Shown: positions 58,975-64,000 of the stretch, piece after piece
How positions within the stretch are numbered: the first letter of the stretch is position 1
Layout of the letters: every line of letters starts with the position of its first letter
The notes under the pieces: model-generated
Seen by the model: only the letters and a program-made list of their open reading frames with translations
Told to the model about the DNA's origin: nothing
Databases searched by the model: none
Virus record (IMG/VR): IMGVR_UViG_3300045988_140118
Length of the DNA stretch: 64,000 bases
Strand: one strand, 5' to 3'
Origin: a virus
Translations under genes and position numbers: made by a program

Positions 58975-61620
58975 ATGTTTAATAACTTGTTAAAAAATAG
59001 CTGTATGGAAGTAGGCAGTAATTTAATATTAACTGAACGAGAGATAACAAAATATTTTAAGAGTTCGGTACAAGATATTCAGGATATGCTTTCATTACCG
59101 AATCCGGAATACCAAAATATTATGCGGTTTGGGAAAGGGAAGTTCTACAAGAATGTTCCCTCCCACATTTGCTATTTACGCACGGAAGGTATTCTGATTC
59201 CTCGTTACGTCTTACCTCGTTATTTTTTCGGGGAACTTGGTTCTGACCTAACTTACGAGAGTTATGTAAACGTAGGACGTTCTTTGGAGTCAGACCATAC
59301 CATTTCGTTACGTGGTTATCAAAAAGACTTCTTTAAAGCCAATAGTTCCACGATTGATTCCAGTACTGGACTTCTTCTGGAAGCTCCTTGCGGACATGGG
59401 AAATGCCACGGTAAAGGTACTCGTATTCTTATGTACGATGGCACCGTTAAAAATGTCGAGGATATTAAGGTCGGTGATTTACTTATGGGAGATGACAGTA
59501 CCCCCAGACGTGTATTGTCTCTTGCCAGAGGAAGAGAAGAAATGTTTGAAGTAATTCAGAAGAAAGGAATAACGTATACCGTGAATAAGTCCCATATTCT
59601 GTCCTTAAGGTATCGTCCTTGGAGTGGTAGAAGTAAAAAAGCTACTTCCTACGAAAGAGATCACTACGATCAGGTATTCGATCTTCCCCTTACTGAATAC
59701 TTGGACTACGCTCCTTCAAAAAAGTCTGGGTATTATGGCTATTGTGTTCCCGTTGACTATCCCGAAAGAAACCTTAAATTCGATCCCTACTTACTTGGAT
59801 GTTGGTTAGGTGATGGTACGAGTAAAGAACTGTCCTTTACCTGTTCGAAAAATGATAGGACTTTGGTGCATTATTACGCTGAGGTAGCCGCTTTCTATAA
59901 TTTACAACTTAACCGAATAAAACAAATTAATTCTGATGGTACTAGAAATAATTCGAATTTATACAGACTTAAAAGTTCAGTTAGGGTAAAAGGTCATTGG
60001 AAAAATACTCTTTGGGATCTGTTTAAAGAATACGGACTGAAGGATAATAAACACATCCCTGATGACTTTTTGGTTAACTCCAGAGAAAACAGATTAAAAC
60101 TTCTTGCCGGTATTCTGGATACTGACGGTCATTTAAGACAGGGTATTTTTGATCTTGTGCAGAAACGCAAAAATCTTATTTTGCAGATACGTTCATTGTG
60201 TTGGTCATTAGGTTTCAGAGCACGGTTAACCGAAAAAATTTTAGGAGGACAATCTTATTGGCGATTGAGTATTTCTGGAAACATTCACGAGATTCCTACT
60301 AAACTACCCAGAAAAAAAGCTCCGGTTCGTACAATTAACAAAGATCCTTTTGTTAACGGTATTTCCGTAAAATCTATAGGGGAAGGGGATTATTATGGTT
60401 TTATGATTGATGGAAATCATAGATACTGCCTCGAAGATGGAACAGTTACCCATAATACGGTCATGGGCATTTGGTTAGCCTACCTGCGCTATGTACAAAC
60501 TCTTGTTTTAGTACCTACGTATTATTTAGCCCGCCAGTGGAAAGAGCGCATAGAACAAGTTTCTACCGCCAGCGTTTATATTGTTACTTCGAAGGATTCC
60601 GCCATTCCCATAGACAGTGATTTTACGATTGCCGTAATGGATTTGTTTTCAGTGCGGACACTTCCTGAGTCATTCGTAAAGAACGTCGGCCATGTTATTC
60701 TTGACGAGGCTCACAGGATCGGTGCCGAGACGTATATGCCTATTCTGGATCAAATACCTGCCCGTTATCGAACGGCTCTCACAGCTACCTTTAGACGCAG
60801 TGACGGAGTACATAAAATTTTGAAATACCATTTCGGGGAACATATTCAAATGGAAAATCGCTTTCCGAAACCCAGAGTTTTTTCTATGCCTACCGGAGTT
60901 ACCGTTGAAATGTGCCTTAGTAAAAACAAAAAATACCAGCACTTCATCGAGTTCTTAGACTCCAATGATCTGGACTATACTGAAACTCAGAAAACAATCG
61001 CTTTTCCTAAAGACGTTCCCTATGAAGAGATTGCTGCCCGCCAGTTAAAAGTGGGTTCCCTGACAAAAACAGCCTATGCCGAGATTTGTTCCTGTTTACG
61101 AAGAGGCAAAGAATTGTCTTATTCAGTCGTTGAGTCGTATTTGAATGAAAGTTCTTCCAGACGTAAGCGTGTCATCTCGTTAATACAACGCTGTTTGGAT
61201 GCCGGACGTACCGTACTGTTCCTATCTAAGCGCAAAGATATACTGCACGTTCTGTACAAGCACTTTGCTAAATACCGTCCTATGCTGATTGTCTCCGGAA
61301 CAGATGATTTATCCGCAGAGGAATCAAAGTATTTGCAAGAGGCTTGCCCACTTATTTTGGGAGTTACCCAACTTGCTAAAGAGGGTTTAGATGTTGACCG
61401 ACTGGATACCCTTGTTGTGTATCTTCCTTTGAAAGACCTTGAACAAGCTTTGGGGCGTATTTCCCGGTTACATCCGAAAAAGAAAGACCCTATCGCTTTT
61501 TATATGCTTGATAACTGTGCCCTAACTTGGGCAACGTTTATGAACGCTAAACGGATGATGAAGAAGTATGCCGATTATGTCGATTCCAGGACTTTACAAA
61601 CAATAAACACGATTTTATAA
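58975..61620 (+). CDS. SF2 (DEAH, ResIII-like) helicase interrupted by an intein
   Basis: Extein motifs: LRGYQ, split Walker A APCGHGK|T, DEAH (VILDEAHRIG), TATFRR and QALGRISR. The intein occupies 59404-60456. Confidence 0.85.
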   Translation: MFNNLLKNSCMEVGSNLILTEREITKYFKSSVQDIQDMLSLPNPEYQNIMRFGKGKFYKNVPSHICYLRTEGILIPRYVLPRYFFGELGSDLTYESYVNVGRSLESDHTISLRGYQKDFFKANSSTIDSSTGLLLEAPCGHGKCHGKGTRILMYDGTVKNVEDIKVGDLLMGDDSTPRRVLSLARGREEMFEVIQKKGITYTVNKSHILSLRYRPWSGRSKKATSYERDHYDQVFDLPLTEYLDYAPSKKSGYYGYCVPVDYPERNLKFDPYLLGCWLGDGTSKELSFTCSKNDRTLVHYYAEVAAFYNLQLNRIKQINSDGTRNNSNLYRLKSSVRVKGHWKNTLWDLFKEYGLKDNKHIPDDFLVNSRENRLKLLAGILDTDGHLRQGIFDLVQKRKNLILQIRSLCWSLGFRARLTEKILGGQSYWRLSISGNIHEIPTKLPRKKAPVRTINKDPFVNGISVKSIGEGDYYGFMIDGNHRYCLEDGTVTHNTVMGIWLAYLRYVQTLVLVPTYYLARQWKERIEQVSTASVYIVTSKDSAIPIDSDFTIAVMDLFSVRTLPESFVKNVGHVILDEAHRIGAETYMPILDQIPARYRTALTATFRRSDGVHKILKYHFGEHIQMENRFPKPRVFSMPTGVTVEMCLSKNKKYQHFIEFLDSNDLDYTETQKTIAFPKDVPYEEIAARQLKVGSLTKTAYAEICSCLRRGKELSYSVVESYLNESSSRRKRVISLIQRCLDAGRTVLFLSKRKDILHVLYKHFAKYRPMLIVSGTDDLSAEESKYLQEACPLILGVTQLAKEGLDVDRLDTLVVYLPLKDLEQALGRISRLHPKKKDPIAFYMLDNCALTWATFMNAKRMMKKYADYVDSRTLQTINTIL
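59404..60456 (+). mobile_element. intein with LAGLIDADG homing endonuclease, inserted in the helicase P-loop
   Basis: Starts with Cys (CHGKGTRILMYDGT, Hint block A) directly after GHGK and ends VTHN followed by Thr. Two LAGLIDADG motifs (LLGCWLGDGT, LLAGILDTDGH). 351 codons, in frame. Confidence 0.85.
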
Positions 61621-61705
61621 CAAATGATTTGGAAGTTATCTAAAACTTTCGTTTATTTGTTGCTGTCAATATGATTTGCCAGTGTTTTTAATCATTAGTC
61701 AATTA

Positions 61706-61774
61706 AGAAAGGGGTCGTAGTTAGTAAATTCAGAATCATTGCGGCGAACAAAAACCTACTACGGCCCTCTTTCT
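61706..61774. other. long imperfect inverted repeat (hairpin)
   Basis: AGAAAGGGGTCGTAG (61706-61720) pairs with CTACGGCCCTCTTTCT (61759-61774) with one bulge and one wobble. About 38-nt loop. Confidence 0.6.
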
Positions 61775-61790
61775 AAAAATTCAAAAAACC

Positions 61791-61985
61791 ATGTTTCAAA
61801 GAATCGTTAGAGAAGTTTGCAAAGTGATTATGTTCACGATCTTTTGGGGAATACCCATTTTGCTTTCTTGGATGAACAACAATAACAACTACTTGTTTTT
61901 ATTTAGCGTTTCTATACTTGGGACTATTTGGTTGTTCAATCATTACGAAGATATTGAGAGAATTATTGAACACTCTGAAAATTAA
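61791..61985 (+). CDS. small two-TM membrane protein
   Basis: 64 aa with two hydrophobic segments. Confidence 0.5.
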   Translation: MFQRIVREVCKVIMFTIFWGIPILLSWMNNNNNYLFLFSVSILGTIWLFNHYEDIERIIEHSEN

Positions 61986-61997
61986 ACTTAAGTAGAA

Positions 61998-62624
61998 ATG
62001 AACAAAATAAATACAGGCGTAAATAGACGGGAAAGACGCTTACTCCTCAGAAGGGGAGCACGTAAGGATGAAAGAGTGACGTATTTAGACAACAAAGGTT
62101 GTGAGTACGACTATAAATGGGTCGCTAAAATTGCGTCATTTTTCAATGTGATTATTGGGTGTTTTCATAATGGCTTTCCAGTTGTAGTACCAAAGCTTTG
62201 GTATCCTGCGTGGGCGTTTTACCCGTTCTTTTTTGTACGTTCTGATCTGAGAGTTGCTGACCCAATAGCCGTTCTTAATCATGAACGTATACATGTCAGA
62301 CAACAGTATGATATACACCTTTTAGTAAGTCTCCCTTTGCTTGTTTTCCTTTGCTATGCGGAGATTAATAACATATTTAATGTTATTCCTTATCTTTGTA
62401 CTTTGCCGTTTATACCAACGGTTTTATATATGCTAAATTTCGGGTATGCTTTTATTCTGCACAGACTTATTCGGAGAGGAAAAGTCTACCGTTCCTTGCA
62501 AGAAATAAGGTCTGCCACTTGTTTTGAAAGAGAAGCTATCTGCCATGCACCTAATGCAGATTATTTGTATACCCGAAAATTTTTAGCTGTACTGAAATAT
62601 ACCGGAATAAAAATATTCAGATAA
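61998..62624 (+). CDS. membrane protein with HExxH motif (putative zinc metallopeptidase-like)
   Basis: LNHERIHVRQ contains HExxH, flanked by hydrophobic segments. Family not recognised. Confidence 0.45.
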   Translation: MNKINTGVNRRERRLLLRRGARKDERVTYLDNKGCEYDYKWVAKIASFFNVIIGCFHNGFPVVVPKLWYPAWAFYPFFFVRSDLRVADPIAVLNHERIHVRQQYDIHLLVSLPLLVFLCYAEINNIFNVIPYLCTLPFIPTVLYMLNFGYAFILHRLIRRGKVYRSLQEIRSATCFEREAICHAPNADYLYTRKFLAVLKYTGIKIFR

Positions 62625-62876
62625 ATGGAACTCAAACCTATCTTGTCTTTCAATGAACAGACTCCTATGGGAGAGTACGAGAAACTTTTTTCGTCTCCCA
62701 TAGGTACTGTTTTTAGAATCTATGAAGGAGATTTTGAAACTGTGACCAGACGCATTAATGACTTGTTGCAGGAAAAATCCTCCACGGTTAATTTTAGATA
62801 TGCTCCTATTGTTCCCGGTTTACCGTTATATACGATGTACGGACCTGAGCATTGTATTGTTACCATGAACAGCTAG
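62625..62876 (+). CDS. hypothetical protein
   Basis: 83 aa. The ATG directly abuts the upstream stop. Confidence 0.5.
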   Translation: MELKPILSFNEQTPMGEYEKLFSSPIGTVFRIYEGDFETVTRRINDLLQEKSSTVNFRYAPIVPGLPLYTMYGPEHCIVTMNS

Positions 62877-62914
62877 ATCTACTAGCTTGATTTGGAACGT
62901 TTCTAACAAGTAAC

Positions 62915-62922
62915 TATATTTG
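62915..62922 (+). promoter_or_regulatory. -7 box TATATTTG with -33 TTTG at 62891-62894
   Basis: 20-nt spacing to TTTG. 72 nt upstream of the ATG at 62994. Confidence 0.55.
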
Positions 62923-62993
62923 TACCAATCTTAAAAACAACACCCGATAATTAACCGGGTAATTAATAATCACTAATTAAATAAAGAACAATT

Positions 62994-63908
62994 ATGAAAA
63001 CTGGAAAGATTAAACCGGTAAGCACTACCGTCCTTCAATTTCCCGCAGGTGTAGAAATTAATGTTATTGAACACGAAGGTATCATGTATTTTCCGATGGC
63101 TAACTTCGCTTCTCTGTTCGGAGAATCTGATACGGAACATGCAGCTCTGGCTCCTGAACCTAAAACTAAGAAATCTGCTCCGGCTCCTGAACCCGAAGAA
63201 AAAACCGCTAACAAGTCGTTTACTGAGGACGAGTTGACAGAGATGGATGTTAAGGAACTTACCAAAATTTTGAAAGAAACTTTCGGTATTAATCCCGATG
63301 ACTATGATGGTAAGAATACCAACAAGAAACTCCGCTTACTTATTTTGAAAGCTCAGGCTGACGGTGGTGAAGAAGCTGTCGAAGAAGATGAAGAGGATGA
63401 TGAAAATGACAAGCCGGCTCTGAAACCGAAAAAATCTGCTAAGAAACCGTCTGATGACGAACAGGATTTGGAAGAAACAGTAGGAGATCTTCTTGAACGC
63501 TTCGATGAAGGTGACTTGAAAAAGAAGAAAGCTATTGATGAAATTGTCGCTCTGGGTGATGACCTTGATTCGGATGTAGTTGCCGATCTGCTTGATGAAT
63601 TTTCCGAATCAGAAGACAGTATCGAAGACTGGACTGATAAAATCGTTGACTTTATCAAAACCGGTAAGGTAGCGAAAAAGAAACCTGCTGCAAAAGGTAA
63701 AAAGTCGAAGGATGAAGATCTAGTTGCTCCGGAAGATCTGGAAGTAGGTGATCGTGTTTCTGTATGGTGGGACAATGACGAACAGGATTGGTTCGATGGT
63801 GAAGTAAAATCCATTAAGGGTAAGAAAATCATGATTCACTATGACGATGACACGGATGAAAAATTAGATCCGGAAGTACATACTAAAATTAAGAGACTGG
63901 ATGACTAA
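62994..63908 (+). CDS. highly acidic protein with C-terminal Tudor/Agenet/SH3-like barrel signature
   Basis: Long D/E runs (EEAVEEDEEDDENDK, DDLDSDVVADLLDEFSESEDSIEDW). C-terminal VGDRVSVWWDNDEQDWFDGEVKSIKGKKIMIHYDDDTDEKLDPEVHTKIKRL. Confidence 0.65.
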   Translation: MKTGKIKPVSTTVLQFPAGVEINVIEHEGIMYFPMANFASLFGESDTEHAALAPEPKTKKSAPAPEPEEKTANKSFTEDELTEMDVKELTKILKETFGINPDDYDGKNTNKKLRLLILKAQADGGEEAVEEDEEDDENDKPALKPKKSAKKPSDDEQDLEETVGDLLERFDEGDLKKKKAIDEIVALGDDLDSDVVADLLDEFSESEDSIEDWTDKIVDFIKTGKVAKKKPAAKGKKSKDEDLVAPEDLEVGDRVSVWWDNDEQDWFDGEVKSIKGKKIMIHYDDDTDEKLDPEVHTKIKRLDD

Positions 63909-63930
63909 TAAGTCCCTAAATTAAATAAGA

Positions 63931-63958
63931 GTCGGGATATAAATGTCCCGACTTTTTT
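63931..63958 (+). terminator. rho-independent terminator
   Basis: GTCGGGA / TCCCGAC stem followed by T6. Confidence 0.75.
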
Positions 63959-64000
63959 ATTATCTAATAACTAATACACATTAAGATTATGAAAAAAAAT

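Noticed and set aside
63980-64000. ATG followed by an A-run at the window end
   Set aside because: It is probably the start of the next gene (MKKN...), but only 7 codons are visible. That is too little to call.

Overview
The window reads as one contiguous stretch of a contractile-tailed (myovirus-type) phage genome. It is almost entirely plus-strand, tightly packed and AT-rich. No homology search was run: all functional calls rest on motifs I recognise in the supplied translations, on gene order and on the nucleotide sequence.

Layout:
- 1-12.0 kb: early/metabolic region. It holds 7-deazaguanine precursor genes (QueE-like, truncated at the window edge, and FolE), an ECF-type sigma factor, a LuxR-type regulator, a MazG-like NTP pyrophosphatase, a Dps-like ferritin, and many small Cys-rich or membrane ORFs.
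- 12.0-13.8 kb: a 1.8 kb ORF-free region with tandem terminators, iteron-like AT-rich repeats and a GT-rich block.
- 13.8-21.1 kb: unknown genes, partly in a G+C-richer segment.
- 21.2-32 kb: packaging and head module (QueD directly abutting TerL, portal, scaffold, major capsid, gp10-like adaptor). Lys/Arg-rich proteins sharing an N-terminal motif are interspersed.
- 31-34.3 kb: a lysis cassette (amidase plus membrane proteins) embedded in the structural genes.
- 34.3-58.8 kb: tail and baseplate (sheath, tube, chaperone pair with a -1 slippery site, tape measure, LysM/gpX-like, gpD-like, spike, gp25/J/I-like). A ~12.5 kb island splits this module.
- 59-64 kb: an SF2 helicase interrupted by a LAGLIDADG intein in its P-loop, small membrane proteins and a very acidic protein.

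The ~12.5 kb island contains two convergent giant fibres with S74-type chaperone domains and three tandem large-plus-small paralog modules. Two of the small genes carry identical G9 tracts.

Recurrent TAnnTTTG (-7) and TTTG (-33) promoter boxes point to a Bacteroidota host. No tRNA, rRNA, CRISPR array, integrase or reverse transcriptase was seen.

The most interesting candidates are:
- the poly-G-bearing paralog array beside the fibres;
- the large non-coding region;
- the dispersed family of basic proteins with a shared N-terminal motif.
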